Shown: positions 1-10,520 of the stretch, one piece after another | Layout: every line of letters starts with the position of its first letter | Numbering within the stretch: position 1 is the stretch's first letter | From: Chthoniobacteraceae bacterium | GTDB taxonomy: Bacteria > Verrucomicrobiota > Verrucomicrobiia > Chthoniobacterales > Chthoniobacteraceae | Assembly: GCA_040081625.1 (NCBI GenBank) | Contig: JBEBGD010000002.1 | Location: 106,709 to 170,708, forward strand | Reading direction: 5' to 3' | Length of the DNA stretch: 64,000 nt | The notes under the pieces: generated by a model | Told to the model about the DNA's origin: nothing | Database searches by the model: none | The model's input: only the letters and a program-made list of their open reading frames with translations | Position numbers and translations under genes: made by a program

Positions 1-2
1 AC

Positions 3-1337
3 ATCCACGCGCCGAATCTCGACCGGCTCGCGAAGCGCGGCGTCACATTCGAGCGCGCGTATTGCCAGCAGGCCGTCTGCTCGCCGTCGCGCTCGAGCCT
101 GCTCACCGGCACGCGGCCCGACACGACGAAGGTGTGGGACTTGAACACGCACTTCCGCAAAGCGATCCCGGACGTGGTGACGCTGCCGGAGCATTTCAAA
201 AAGAACGGCTATTTCGTGCAGGGCATGGGCAAGCTCTTCCACGGCGGCTTCGACGATCCGCAGTCGTGGTCTGTGCCGTGGCAGGCGCCGAAGACGAGTC
301 ACGGCGCGTATGGGCTGCCCGAGAACATGGCGATCGTGAAGGCGAAGGTCGAGGCGTCGAAGACCGCGCCGCCGAAGAAAGGCAAGGTGCGCAACTACGG
401 GCCCGCGTTCGAGAGTTCCGACGTGCCCGACAACACCTTCCACGACGGCGCGCTCGCAGACATGGCGGTCGCGGCGCTCGGCGAGTGCGCGAAGAAGGAT
501 CAGCCGTTCTGGCTCGGCGTCGGTTTCATCCGGCCGCATCTCCCCTTCGTCGCGCCGAAGAAATACTGGGACCTCTACGACCCGGCGAAAATCCAGCTCG
601 CACCGAATCCGTTCAAGCCGAAGGGCGCGCCGGACTACGCCGTCGGCCCGGGCGGCGAGCTGCGCGCGTATCACGGAATTCCCGCCGGACCGATCCCCGA
701 CGACCTCGCGCGGCAGCTCAAGCACGGCTACTACGCCGCGATCAGCTACATGGACGCGCAGGTCGGCCGCGTGCTCGACGAACTCGATCGGCTCGGCCTC
801 GCGGAGAAAACGATCGTCGTCCTTTGGGGCGATCACGGCTGGAAGCTGGGCGAGCATGGCGGCTGGTGCAAACACAGCAACGTCGAGAACGACACGCACG
901 CGCCGCTGCTCATCTCGGTGCCGGGTCTCAAGACCGCAGGCCGGCGCACGAAGTCGCTCGCCGAGTTCGTGGACATCTATCCCACGCTCGCGGATCTGTG
1001 CGGACTCGCGCTGCCGAAACATCTCGAAGGCACGAGCCTCGCGCCGGTGCTCCGCGACCCCGCGAAGTCCGTGAAGACCGCCGCGTTCAGCCAATACCCG
1101 CGCGACGTGGATGGGAAGAAGCTCATGGGCTACTCGATGCGCACCGATCGCTATCGCTTCACGCGGTGGGTCCACAAAGCCGATCACGCGAAGCTCGATG
1201 CCGTCGAACTCTACGACCAGCAAGCCGACCCGCAGGAAAACGTGAACATCGCCACCGATCCGAAGAACGCCGAACTCGTCGCCACGCTGACCGCGCAATG
1301 GCTCAAGGGCTGGCAGGGCGCGAAGTCGGCGAAGTAG
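3..1337 (+). CDS. Sulfatase (iduronate-2-sulfatase/choline-sulfatase-like), 5' end outside the window
   Basis: Frame open from base 3: ...AYCQQAVCSPSRSSLLTG (CxPxR formylglycine motif), GKLFH, GFIRPHLPF, WGDHGWKLGEHG. Confidence 0.92.
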   Translation: MHAPNLDRLAKRGVTFERAYCQQAVCSPSRSSLLTGTRPDTTKVWDLNTHFRKAIPDVVTLPEHFKKNGYFVQGMGKLFHGGFDDPQSWSVPWQAPKTSHGAYGLPENMAIVKAKVEASKTAPPKKGKVRNYGPAFESSDVPDNTFHDGALADMAVAALGECAKKDQPFWLGVGFIRPHLPFVAPKKYWDLYDPAKIQLAPNPFKPKGAPDYAVGPGGELRAYHGIPAGPIPDDLARQLKHGYYAAISYMDAQVGRVLDELDRLGLAEKTIVVLWGDHGWKLGEHGGWCKHSNVENDTHAPLLISVPGLKTAGRRTKSLAEFVDIYPTLADLCGLALPKHLEGTSLAPVLRDPAKSVKTAAFSQYPRDVDGKKLMGYSMRTDRYRFTRWVHKADHAKLDAVELYDQQADPQENVNIATDPKNAELVATLTAQWLKGWQGAKSAK

Positions 1338-1343
1338 CTCCTC

Positions 1344-4300
1344 ATGAAGAGCCTCATCTGTTTCCTCGCGGCTCTTTGCGTTTGGTGCGGCCAGCTTTCC
1401 GGCGCCGATCGCGGGCCGAACATCGTCTTCATCATGGCCGACGACCTCGGATGGGCGGACACGACGCTTTCCGGCCACACGAGGTTTTACAAAACGCCGA
1501 ACCTCGAGCGACTCGCGAAGCGCGGCATGACGTTCACGCGCGCTTACGCTGCGAGTCCGCTCTGCTCGCCGACGCGGTCGAGCGTGCTTACGGGGTTGAG
1601 TCCGGCGCGCACCGGCATCACGACGCCGAACTGCCACCTGCCGCAGGTCGTCCTGCAGGCGACACTCGGGAAGAAGGCGGGACCAGCCGAGAAAGCGATC
1701 GCGCCGACGTCGGTGTCGCGGCTGAACACGACTTACCAAACGCTGCCGAAGGCGTTGAAGGCGGCGGGCTACGCGACGGGGCATTTCGGGAAGTGGCATC
1801 TCGGGCCCGAGCCATACTCGCCATTGCAGCACGGCTTCGACGTGGATGTGCCGCACTGGCCGGGGCCGGGGCCGGCGGGGAGTTTCGTCGCGCCGTGGAA
1901 GTTCAAGGATTTCGATCCCGATCCCGCGGTGCCCGATCAACACATCGAAGATCGCATGGCGAAGGAAGCCGTCGCATTCATGGAGAAGCACGCGGGCGAG
2001 CCGTTCTACCTGAACTACTGGATGTTCAGCGTCCACGCGCCGTTCGACGCGAAGAAGTCACTGATCGAAAAGTATCGCGGGCGCGTGGACCCGAACGATC
2101 CACAGCGCAGCCCGACCTATGCGGCGATGATCGAGAGCATGGACGACGCGGTGGGCACGCTGCTCGACACGCTCGACCGGCTGAAGATCGCCGACCGCAC
2201 GTTGATCGTCTTTTTCTCCGACAACGGCGGCAACATGTATAACGAAGTCGATGGCACCACGCCGACCAGCAACGCACCGCTGCGCGGCGGCAAGGCGACG
2301 GTCTTCGAGGGCGGCATCCGCGTGCCGTGCGTGGTCGCGTATCCCGGCCTGGTCGCCGCGGGATCGCGGAGCGATGCGGTGATCCAGAGCAGCGATTTCT
2401 ACCCGACCATCCTCGAACTGTCCGGGCTGAAAGCCGCACCGGCGCAGCGTTTCGACGGCATCAGCATCGTGCCCGCGTTGAAAGGCCAGCCGCTCACGCG
2501 CGAGGCGATCTTCACCTACTTCCCGCACAATCCGGCGGTGCCGGACTGGCTGCCGCCGTCGGCCGCCATGCATCGCGACGACTGGAAACTGATCCGCATC
2601 TTCCACGGCGGAGAGAACGGCGCGCATCGCTGGAAGCTCTTCAACCTGCGCGAGGACCTCGGCGAAAGGAACGACCTCGCCGCGAGGGAGCCGGAGCGAG
2701 TGAAGGCGATGGATGCGCTGATCGGGAAGTTCCTCGCCGACACAAAGGCCGTCGTTCCGGTGCGGAATCCCGGCTTCGATCTCGCGAAGTATGATCCGCA
2801 AAACGAAGGCCGCTCGAAGCCGAAGGCCGCGAAGAAACCGGCCGCCGCGGCGAAGCCCAACATCATCCTCATCTACTCCGACGATCACGGCTTCGCCGAT
2901 CTCGGCGTGCAGGGCGCGGTGAAGGACATCCGCACGCCGAACCTCGACGCGATGGCGCGCGACGGTGTGCGCTTCACCAGCGGCTATGTGAGCGCGCCGC
3001 AGTGCGTGCCGTCGCGCGCGGGCTTGCTCACCGGGCGGTATCAGCAGCGTTTCGGCGTGGAGGACAATTCGATGGGGCCGCTCCCGTTGGCGGAGCAGAC
3101 CATCGCCGAGCGATTGAAGCCCGCCGGCTACGTCTCCTGCCAGGTCGGAAAATGGCATCTCGAAGCACCGCCCGAGCGCAAGGTGGGGAAGGGAAAGTCC
3201 GCCGAGGCAGGGAAAGGCGGGCCGTCGTTTCAGCCGTGGGCGCAAGGGTTCGCGGAGTATTTCACCGGACCGATGAACACCTTCGCCGCGTCGCACGACT
3301 TGCAGGGCCGTGCGTTGCCGAACGCGCCGCAGCAGCTCACGGACAAACGTTTCCGCTGCGTTTGGCAGACGGACGCCGCGCTCTCATTCATCGACCGCCA
3401 CCAGCGCGATCCGTTCTTCCTCTACCTCGCCTACTTCACACCGCACACTCCGCTGGAGTCGCCGGAGCCGTGGTTTTCCCAGACGCCAGCGGATGCGCCC
3501 AAGGAGCGCCGCCAGGCGCTCGCGATGATCGCCGCGATGGACGACGGCATCGGCCGCATCCGCGAGAAACTCCGCGCGGCGGGCATCGAGAAGAACACGC
3601 TGATTTTTTTCGTCGGCGACAACGGCGCGCCGCTGAAACAAGGCGCATGGAATGGATCGCTGAATCTCCCGCTCGTCGGCGAAAAGGGCATGCTGACCGA
3701 TGGCGGCGTGCGCGTGCCGTTCGTCGCCGCGTGGCCGGGCACGCTGCCCGCGGGAAAAGTGTATGATGCGCCGGTGATCAATCTCGATGTCGCCGCCACC
3801 GCCGTCGCGCTCGCGGGGCAGCCGAACGACGCGAAGCTCGACGGCGTGAATCTCGTGCCCTTCCTACGCGGTGAGAAGGCCGGGAACCCGCATGACGCCT
3901 TGTTCTGGCGCTGGCGCTCGCAGGCCGCGGTGCGCGCAGATCGTTGGAAGTTGATCCTGCTCGGACGCGACGAGCGCTTTCTCTTCGATCTCGACAGCCC
4001 CGAAGGCGAAACGCGGAACCGCATCGCGGAGTTTCCGGACATCGCCGCCGGCTTGGAGAAGAAGCTGATGACGTGGAATGCGACGCTGCCGCCGCCCGGC
4101 CTGCCGCGCGACATCGTCGATCAGGACCAGGTGTTTTACGACGCGCACGTCAACAAGACGGGCGTCTCCGCCGTGAAACGTCCGCGCAAGGACGGCGAGA
4201 AGACGCCCACGAGCACCTGGCTCGCGCGCAATGCCACCACCGAAGTGAAAGACGGCGCGCTGCGTATCACGCCCGCCACGCGCGGGAAGCAGAACGCCTT

Positions 4301-4613
4301 TCTCGCCTTTTCGGCCCTCAACATCCCTGGCCCGGCCATCGCCACCGCGACGATCCGCGCGGAAAATGGCGGCAGGATCGGCATCGCGTGGCGGCTTGAT
4401 GGGCAGAAGGATTTCCTCCCGGACCAAACCGCGCATCAGGAGCTCGCCGCGTCCGCCGAGTTTCAGGACATCTCGATCAACGTCGCTGCGAAAGGTGCCA
4501 TCATCCATCTACGTCTCCTACTCCCCGACAGCTCCACCGACCTGCGCCGCTTTGAACTCAAAGCCGCGAGCGGCGCACCGGTGAAAGAGTGGGCCTTCGG
4601 GCAGCAACAATGA
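1344..4613 (+). CDS. Exported tandem double sulfatase with C-terminal beta-sandwich domain (1089 aa)
   Basis: Signal peptide; two sulfatase domains ([10 protein letters not shown]...CSPTR...GKWHLG...[15 protein letters not shown]...CVPSR...GKWHL...GDNG) joined by a Lys/Ala linker. Confidence 0.92.
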   Translation: MKSLICFLAALCVWCGQLSGADRGPNIVFIMADDLGWADTTLSGHTRFYKTPNLERLAKRGMTFTRAYAASPLCSPTRSSVLTGLSPARTGITTPNCHLPQVVLQATLGKKAGPAEKAIAPTSVSRLNTTYQTLPKALKAAGYATGHFGKWHLGPEPYSPLQHGFDVDVPHWPGPGPAGSFVAPWKFKDFDPDPAVPDQHIEDRMAKEAVAFMEKHAGEPFYLNYWMFSVHAPFDAKKSLIEKYRGRVDPNDPQRSPTYAAMIESMDDAVGTLLDTLDRLKIADRTLIVFFSDNGGNMYNEVDGTTPTSNAPLRGGKATVFEGGIRVPCVVAYPGLVAAGSRSDAVIQSSDFYPTILELSGLKAAPAQRFDGISIVPALKGQPLTREAIFTYFPHNPAVPDWLPPSAAMHRDDWKLIRIFHGGENGAHRWKLFNLREDLGERNDLAAREPERVKAMDALIGKFLADTKAVVPVRNPGFDLAKYDPQNEGRSKPKAAKKPAAAAKPNIILIYSDDHGFADLGVQGAVKDIRTPNLDAMARDGVRFTSGYVSAPQCVPSRAGLLTGRYQQRFGVEDNSMGPLPLAEQTIAERLKPAGYVSCQVGKWHLEAPPERKVGKGKSAEAGKGGPSFQPWAQGFAEYFTGPMNTFAASHDLQGRALPNAPQQLTDKRFRCVWQTDAALSFIDRHQRDPFFLYLAYFTPHTPLESPEPWFSQTPADAPKERRQALAMIAAMDDGIGRIREKLRAAGIEKNTLIFFVGDNGAPLKQGAWNGSLNLPLVGEKGMLTDGGVRVPFVAAWPGTLPAGKVYDAPVINLDVAATAVALAGQPNDAKLDGVNLVPFLRGEKAGNPHDALFWRWRSQAAVRADRWKLILLGRDERFLFDLDSPEGETRNRIAEFPDIAAGLEKKLMTWNATLPPPGLPRDIVDQDQVFYDAHVNKTGVSAVKRPRKDGEKTPTSTWLARNATTEVKDGALRITPATRGKQNAFLAFSALNIPGPAIATATIRAENGGRIGIAWRLDGQKDFLPDQTAHQELAASAEFQDISINVAAKGAIIHLRLLLPDSSTDLRRFELKAASGAPVKEWAFGQQQ

Positions 4614-4647
4614 CCAACCGCATCCCTTAATTCAAAATCACCACACC

Positions 4648-6024
4648 ATGAAGCTCTTCCAACTCCTTACCGCTCTTCTCGTCACGCTCGGCGCAATCAG
4701 CCACGCCGCGCCGAAGCCGAACATCGTCTTCTTCCTCATCGACGATCTCGGCTACGCCGACTGCGGCTTCAATGGCGGCAAGGACATCAAGACGCCGAAC
4801 ATCGACCAGCTCGCGAAGGGTGGCGCGATCCTCGAGTCGCACTATGTGCAGCCCGTTTGCTCGCCCACGCGCGCGGCGCTGATGACCGGCCGCTACGCCA
4901 CGCACACCGGCGTCTATACGATCGTGCGCCCAGGCGCGAAGTGGGGCCTGCCGCTCGCGGAGCGCACGCTCGCGAATGCGCTCAAGGACGTGGGTTACGA
5001 GACGGCGATCACCGGCAAGTGGCATCTCGGCGAGTTCGATCCCGCCTACGTGCCGACGGCGCGCGGGTTCGATCACCAATATGGGCACTACTTCGGCGCG
5101 CTCGATTATTTCACCCACATCCGCGACGGCTCGCACGACTGGTATCGCGATGGGAAGGAGCTGAAAGAGGAGGGCTACGCGACGGAATTGATCGCGCGCG
5201 AGGCGTGCCGGTTGATCGCGGAAAAGAAGGAGAACCCGCTGTTTCTCTACGTGCCGTTCAACGGCGTCCACTCGCCGCTCCAAGCGCCCGACAGCTATCT
5301 CGCGCCGTATGCGAACCTGACCGGCAAGCGCAAGACGATGGCCGGAATGCTCGCCGCCGTGGACGCGGCGATCGGGCAGATCGTCGCCGCGCTCGAGAAG
5401 GCCGGGCTCCGCGAGAACACGCTCATCGCATTCTCCGCCGACAACGGAGGCCCGACGCAGTTCAGCAACGACAACGGCCCGCTGCGCGCCGGAAAGGGAA
5501 CGATCTACGAAGGCGGTGTGCGCGCCGCGGCGTTCGCGAACTGGCCGGGCCAGATTCCGGCCGGCGTCACGATCAAGGAGCCGATGCACATCGTCGACTG
5601 GTATCCGACGCTCGTGAAACTCGCGGGCGGTTCGCTCGAGCAGAAGCTCCCGCTCGATGGCCGCGATGTGTGGCCGATGCTCACGAAGAGCGCGAAGTCG
5701 CCGCACGACGCGATCCTGCTCGTGCAAAGCCCGGAGCGCGCCGCGGTGCGCGTGGGCGATTGGAAGCTGATGATGAACGCCTCCGAGGATGCCGGCGATT
5801 CGGTCCCTGAGGGACAGGCGAAAGCGAAGGGCCGAAAGGACGCCGGCGGGAACGCGCTCTACAATCTCGCCGGCGACATCGGCGAGAAGACCGACCTCGC
5901 CGCGAAGGAGCCCGAGCGCGTCGCGGCGATGCGCGCGAAGCTGCAGGAGCTGTTGAAGAACGCGGCGCCCGAGGGCCAGCTCGCCGCCGGCGGCGACGCG
6001 CCGCCGAAGCGGAAGAAGAAGTAG
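4648..6024 (+). CDS. Arylsulfatase (arylsulfatase B-like)
   Basis: Signal peptide, PNIVFFLIDDLG, CSPTR, GKWHLG, DNGG, YEGGVR. Confidence 0.93.
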   Translation: MKLFQLLTALLVTLGAISHAAPKPNIVFFLIDDLGYADCGFNGGKDIKTPNIDQLAKGGAILESHYVQPVCSPTRAALMTGRYATHTGVYTIVRPGAKWGLPLAERTLANALKDVGYETAITGKWHLGEFDPAYVPTARGFDHQYGHYFGALDYFTHIRDGSHDWYRDGKELKEEGYATELIAREACRLIAEKKENPLFLYVPFNGVHSPLQAPDSYLAPYANLTGKRKTMAGMLAAVDAAIGQIVAALEKAGLRENTLIAFSADNGGPTQFSNDNGPLRAGKGTIYEGGVRAAAFANWPGQIPAGVTIKEPMHIVDWYPTLVKLAGGSLEQKLPLDGRDVWPMLTKSAKSPHDAILLVQSPERAAVRVGDWKLMMNASEDAGDSVPEGQAKAKGRKDAGGNALYNLAGDIGEKTDLAAKEPERVAAMRAKLQELLKNAAPEGQLAAGGDAPPKRKKK

Positions 6025-6043
6025 TCCGAAACCACAACAGCTC

Positions 6044-7408
6044 ATGAAACTCATCCGCACTCTCTCCGCCGCGCTCGCGCTGCTCTGCGCGCCCGGCGCC
6101 GTCCTCCACGCCGCGAGCAAACCGAACATCCTTCTCATCGTGGGCGACGACATGGGCTACGCCGACGTCGGATTCCACGGATGCAAGGACATCCCCACGC
6201 CGCACCTCGACGCGCTCGCGGCGGCGGGCGTGCGCTTCACGAACGGATATGTGACCGGGCCGTATTGCTCGCCGACGCGCGCGGGGCTGCTCACGGGGCG
6301 CTACCAGACGCGCTTCGGGCATGAGTTCAATCCCAGCGGCGCAACGCAGGGAATGCCCGTGAGCGAGACGACAATCGCCGACCGGCTCAAGGCCGCGGGC
6401 TACAAGACCGGACTCGTCGGCAAATGGCACCTCGGCAATCAACCCGCGATGCATCCGCAGAAGCGCGGGTTCGACGAGTTCTTCGGCTTCCTCGCCGGCG
6501 CGCACGATTACTTCCGCACCGCCGGCATCGTCCGCGGCACCGAGCCCGTGCAGGAGAAGGCGTATCTCACCGACGCATTCGGGCGCGAAGCCGTCGCGTT
6601 CATCGACCGGCATCGCGGCGAGCCGTGGTTCCTCTACCTCGCGTTCAACGCCGTCCACACGCCGATGCAGGCCGACGACGCGCGCCTCGCGAAGTTCGAG
6701 GGCGTCGCCGACAAGACGCGCCGCACCTACGCGGCGATGATGCTCGCGATGGATGACGCCGTCGGCGCCGTGCGCAAAAAGATCGCGGACGCTGGACTCG
6801 AAAACGACACGCTCGTCGCCTTCATCAGCGACAATGGCGGCCCGACGATGAAGGGCGTGACGGTGAATGCATCATCGAACGCGCCACTGCGCGGCAGCAA
6901 ACGCACCACGCTCGAAGGCGGCATCCGCGTGCCGTTCATCGTCGCGTGGCCGGGCCGCGTGAAGCCGGGCGTTTTCATCCAGCCCGCGATCCAACTCGAC
7001 CTTCACGCAACCGCGCTCGCAGCCGCCGGTGCCGAGGCGAAGATCGAAGGCGTGAACCTGCTCCCATTTCTCGCCGGCGAAAAATCCGGCGCGCCGCACG
7101 ATGCGCTCTACTGGCGCTTCGGCGATCAGATGGCGATCCGCGCGGGCGACTTCAAACTCGTGCGCTACGACAGCAACGCCGACACGCAGACCGGCGCGCG
7201 CCAGCCCGTCACCGCCGCAAAGCTCTACAACCTCACCGCCGACATCCACGAAGACAAAGACCTCGCCGCCGCGATGCCCGACAAGGTGAACGAGTTGCAG
7301 GCGAAGTGGGACGAGTGGAACAAAGCGAACGTCGCTCCGCTGTGGGGCGCCAGTAAAGGCGCCGAGCCGAGCGCGCCCGCGAAGCCGCGGCGCAAGCGGG
7401 CGAAATGA
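6044..7408 (+). CDS. Sulfatase (N-acetylgalactosamine-6-sulfatase-like)
   Basis: Signal peptide, PNILLIVGDDMG, CSPTR, GKWHLG, SDNGG, EGGIRVP. Confidence 0.93.
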   Translation: MKLIRTLSAALALLCAPGAVLHAASKPNILLIVGDDMGYADVGFHGCKDIPTPHLDALAAAGVRFTNGYVTGPYCSPTRAGLLTGRYQTRFGHEFNPSGATQGMPVSETTIADRLKAAGYKTGLVGKWHLGNQPAMHPQKRGFDEFFGFLAGAHDYFRTAGIVRGTEPVQEKAYLTDAFGREAVAFIDRHRGEPWFLYLAFNAVHTPMQADDARLAKFEGVADKTRRTYAAMMLAMDDAVGAVRKKIADAGLENDTLVAFISDNGGPTMKGVTVNASSNAPLRGSKRTTLEGGIRVPFIVAWPGRVKPGVFIQPAIQLDLHATALAAAGAEAKIEGVNLLPFLAGEKSGAPHDALYWRFGDQMAIRAGDFKLVRYDSNADTQTGARQPVTAAKLYNLTADIHEDKDLAAAMPDKVNELQAKWDEWNKANVAPLWGASKGAEPSAPAKPRRKRAK

Positions 7409-7459
7409 AAATCCAAGCGCTCGCTTGCGGCGCAGGGCGCCCGCCATATCATCGCGACC

Positions 7460-7675
7460 ATGTCCACGCTTGCTGAGATCGAAGCCGCGATCGATGCCCT
7501 GCCGCCTGAGCAACTGCGGGAGGTCGCGCGTCATGCGCAGAGCCGTGTCAGCGCGCTCGCGGCGCGCCGCTATTTTTACGACGACGCGGCAGGACGGACG
7601 GGCGATGACGAGATGATCGCCGAAGCCGACGCTGCCTTCCTCGCTTACGATTTGGACGAAGATCGGCGGAAATGA
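7460..7675 (+). CDS. Probable antitoxin of the adjacent MazF/PemK toxin
   Basis: 71 aa, acidic C-terminus, ATGA overlap with the toxin gene. Confidence 0.7.
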   Translation: MSTLAEIEAAIDALPPEQLREVARHAQSRVSALAARRYFYDDAAGRTGDDEMIAEADAAFLAYDLDEDRRK

Positions 7676-7983
7676 CGCCCGCTCGCGGCGAAGTCTGGAT
7701 GGTTGATCTCGGTCTCGCCGCAAAAGTGCGTCCGTGTCAGGTTATCAACATTCCATTTGCCGACAACGAGCGCGCGATCTTCGCGATCGTTCCGCACACG
7801 ACCAGCCTTTGGAACACGCGGTTTGAGATTCCCACTGAGTTGACGTGGCTGGATCGCGGAGCGTTCGATGCACAAGGATTGCGTCCGGTGCCGCGGAAGG
7901 TTTTCGAGCGGCGGCTTGGGGCGGTGCCGGGCGATTTGCTCGCACGAGTAGAAGCGACTGTGCGGGTTTGGTTCGGGCTCTGA
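7672..7983 (+). CDS. Type II toxin, PemK/MazF family endoribonuclease
   Basis: RGEVWMVDLG...KVRP...IVPHTTS pattern, 103 aa. Confidence 0.85.
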   Translation: MTPARGEVWMVDLGLAAKVRPCQVINIPFADNERAIFAIVPHTTSLWNTRFEIPTELTWLDRGAFDAQGLRPVPRKVFERRLGAVPGDLLARVEATVRVWFGL

Positions 7984-8060
7984 CTGGACAAGCCGGAGGT
8001 GTAGTTCCGAAAGTTCGACGCGGCTGATACAATTGCCCGTAACAATCCCCACCGAGAACG

Positions 8061-9263
8061 ATGAACACCGAAAACTTCTCCCGTCGCGAAGCCGTGAAGC
8101 TCGGCCTCGCGGGCATCGCCACTCTCGGCATGAGCCGCGCTCGCGCCGCGGAAACGGCGCGCCCATTCCTCACTCCCGCCCTCGACTTTCAGGACGTGTC
8201 GCGCGGGAATCCGAAACCGCACACGCTCACCGGCGACGCGCTGGTGCGGGCGCGGCTTACGCCGGAGACGTGGCGGCTCGACGTGCGCGCGGACGACTCG
8301 CCGAAGGACGGGATCAAGGAAGTCGCGAAGATCGGCAAGCCGCTCACGCTCGACTACGCCGCGCTGCTCGCGCTCGGTCGCAAGCACGGCGTCAAATTCC
8401 TCAAGGCGATGCAGTGCCTGAACATCGCGACGCCGCTCGGCCAGGGGCTGTGGGAAGGCGTGCCGCTTCGCGACGTGCTGCGGCTCTGCGGGCCGATGAT
8501 CAATGTGCGGCGCGTGTATTACTCGGGCTTCCACAACGACGACCCGGCCCAACTCTTCCAGTCGTCGCTCAGCTACTCGCAGGTGATGGAGACGCCACCG
8601 GGCGAACTGCCCGTCTTCGTCGCTTACCGGCTCAACGGCGAGCCGCTCCCGCTCGAGCGCGGCGGGCCGGTGCGCATGGTCGTGCCGTGGGCGCACGGGT
8701 TTAAGTCGATCAAGTGGCTCCAGCACATCGCGCTCACGAACGACTACCGCGCGAACGACACTTACGCGGAGAAGAACAACGACCCGGAGTCGCACCTCAA
8801 GACCGCGGCTTACCTCGACGATGTCGCGCCAAAAACTTCCGCGCGCGAGCCGGTGCGTGTCGGCGGGCTGGCGATCGCGGGCTGGTCCGGCTTGCAGCGC
8901 GTCGAGTATTGGCTGCGCGCCGCCGCGCCGGACATCGCCGACGACGATCCCGCATGGGATTCGGCGAAGTGGATTGCGTGTTCGCTCGCCGAGCCGCCGG
9001 CGGATTGGAGCGCGGTGCTGCCCGCGGGTGTGTCGTCGCGCGACGTGCTCGGCTTCGATCGCAAGACCGGCCACCCGCTGACGTGGCCGCTGCGCTACAG
9101 CATGGTCTCGTGGTCCGCCACGCTGCGCGATCTCGCGCCGGGCAAATACGAACTCCGCGCGCGCGCCGTGGACCTGAATGGCTTCGCGCAGCCCGAGCCG
9201 CGCTCGATGGCGAAGACCGGCCGCAACGGCATCCAGGTGAAGCGCTTTGAGATCTCCGCATGA
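8061..9263 (+). CDS. Tat-exported molybdopterin-dependent oxidoreductase (sulfite oxidase/MsrP family)
   Basis: Tat motif FSRREAVK; Mo-ligand-like Cys in MQCLN followed by WEGVPLRDVL; LNGEPLPLERGGPVRMVVPWAHGFKSIKWL. Confidence 0.85.
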   Translation: MNTENFSRREAVKLGLAGIATLGMSRARAAETARPFLTPALDFQDVSRGNPKPHTLTGDALVRARLTPETWRLDVRADDSPKDGIKEVAKIGKPLTLDYAALLALGRKHGVKFLKAMQCLNIATPLGQGLWEGVPLRDVLRLCGPMINVRRVYYSGFHNDDPAQLFQSSLSYSQVMETPPGELPVFVAYRLNGEPLPLERGGPVRMVVPWAHGFKSIKWLQHIALTNDYRANDTYAEKNNDPESHLKTAAYLDDVAPKTSAREPVRVGGLAIAGWSGLQRVEYWLRAAAPDIADDDPAWDSAKWIACSLAEPPADWSAVLPAGVSSRDVLGFDRKTGHPLTWPLRYSMVSWSATLRDLAPGKYELRARAVDLNGFAQPEPRSMAKTGRNGIQVKRFEISA

Positions 9264-10357
9264 AACGCCTGCTCATCCTCCTCGCCGTCGCCGCTCACGC
9301 CGCTGAACCGAAACCGAAGCCGGAGTTCCAATACAAGTCCGACGGCATCGAAGTGCCTGCCGCGACGGCGGACGAGGCGCGCGTGAAGGCGTTCGGCCCC
9401 GCGACGATTGCGGCGGCGAAGAAGTATCTCGACGATGGCGCGCATAACTGGGTGCGGGAGAAGTCGTGCATCGCCTGCCACAGCACCGGCGTTTACATGG
9501 TCGAGCGCTCGGCGCTCACGAAGTGGCTCGGCAAGCCGAGCGAGGAAGTGCTCGCCGACTTCATCGACGAAGTGCCGAAGGAAGGCGCGAAGGACGCGGC
9601 GCCGATCAAGTCCGTGTGGCGCAGCTCGGGCCTCGCGTCGTGGGACAAGCACGTGACGGGCAAGCTGAGCGAACACACCGACCGCTCGCTGCGACACACG
9701 CTCACGCTCCTGCTCGACGACGGCTCGTTTGCGCCGATCACGCAGGTCGAGATTCCCTACATCACGACGAACTTCGAGCTGACCGTGCAGGCCGCGCGCG
9801 CCATCGCCAACGCGCCGGGCTGGCTGGCGCAGACGAAGGACGCCGACACGCTCGCGCGAGTCGAGCGGATGAAAAAGTTCCTGCGCGAGCACGAGCCGAT
9901 CAGCGACTTCGAGCTCGCGCTGAAGCTCCAGCTCGCCGGCTATTTCCCCGAGCTGGTGCCGCAGCCCACGCGCGACGCCGCAGTCGCGATGCTCTGGCGC
10001 CAGCAGCTCCCCGACGGCGGCTGGTCGCTGCGCCGGATGTCCGACTTGATGAAGTGGCACGTGAAGGCGGACCCGAAAGTGACCGCGCTCATCGAGGGGC
10101 TGCCCGATGCCGCGAACCCCGGCGGCGATCCCTACATGACCGCGTGGGCCATCGTGCTCCTGCGCGAGAGCGGCGTGCCCGCGAGCGACGCGCGCATTCA
10201 AAAAGGAATCGCGTGGCTCAAGCACGAACAGCGCGCGACGGGCCGCTGGTGGATGCACTCGCTCTTCCGGGGCACGTATCACTACATCACCTACATCAGC
10301 ACCGCACAGGCGCTCCGCGCGCTCGCGCTGTGCGACGATCTGCCGCCGGTCCGGTGA
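9260..10357 (+). CDS. Exported prenyltransferase/squalene-cyclase-like alpha/alpha barrel protein with CxxCH
   Basis: Signal peptide, SCIACHST, QW-like repeats (QQLPDGGW, EQRATGRW); ATGA-coupled to the upstream gene. Confidence 0.75.
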   Translation: MKRLLILLAVAAHAAEPKPKPEFQYKSDGIEVPAATADEARVKAFGPATIAAAKKYLDDGAHNWVREKSCIACHSTGVYMVERSALTKWLGKPSEEVLADFIDEVPKEGAKDAAPIKSVWRSSGLASWDKHVTGKLSEHTDRSLRHTLTLLLDDGSFAPITQVEIPYITTNFELTVQAARAIANAPGWLAQTKDADTLARVERMKKFLREHEPISDFELALKLQLAGYFPELVPQPTRDAAVAMLWRQQLPDGGWSLRRMSDLMKWHVKADPKVTALIEGLPDAANPGGDPYMTAWAIVLLRESGVPASDARIQKGIAWLKHEQRATGRWWMHSLFRGTYHYITYISTAQALRALALCDDLPPVR

Positions 10358-10362
10358 CGCTT

Positions 10363-10473
10363 GTGGTTCACGTTGTCCTCAACGTGAAGTTTCCGGCGCG
10401 CGCAGCGCCCATCTTCCAGTCAGCGCGTCGCGCGCGGGCAAGTGTCGTTCACGTTGAGGACAACGTAGGCCAC
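10363..10473. repeat. Inverted REP-like doublet (GTGG + palindrome TTCACGTTG-TCCT-CAACGTGAA)
   Basis: 10363-10388 and its near reverse complement at 10448-10473, in an intergenic gap. Confidence 0.75.
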
Positions 10474-10520
10474 GGGTTGGCGTGTGCGGCTCGCTGTGGC
10501 ATACCCATCGCGCCTCTTCC

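Noticed and set aside
7409..8060. Flanking repeats around the MazF-type TA pair like those at 42132/42778
   Set aside because: No duplication of the upstream gene end was found by eye
9260..10357. True squalene-hopene cyclase (also 13936..14976)
   Set aside because: About half the expected length, exported, and lacking the DXDD catalytic motif
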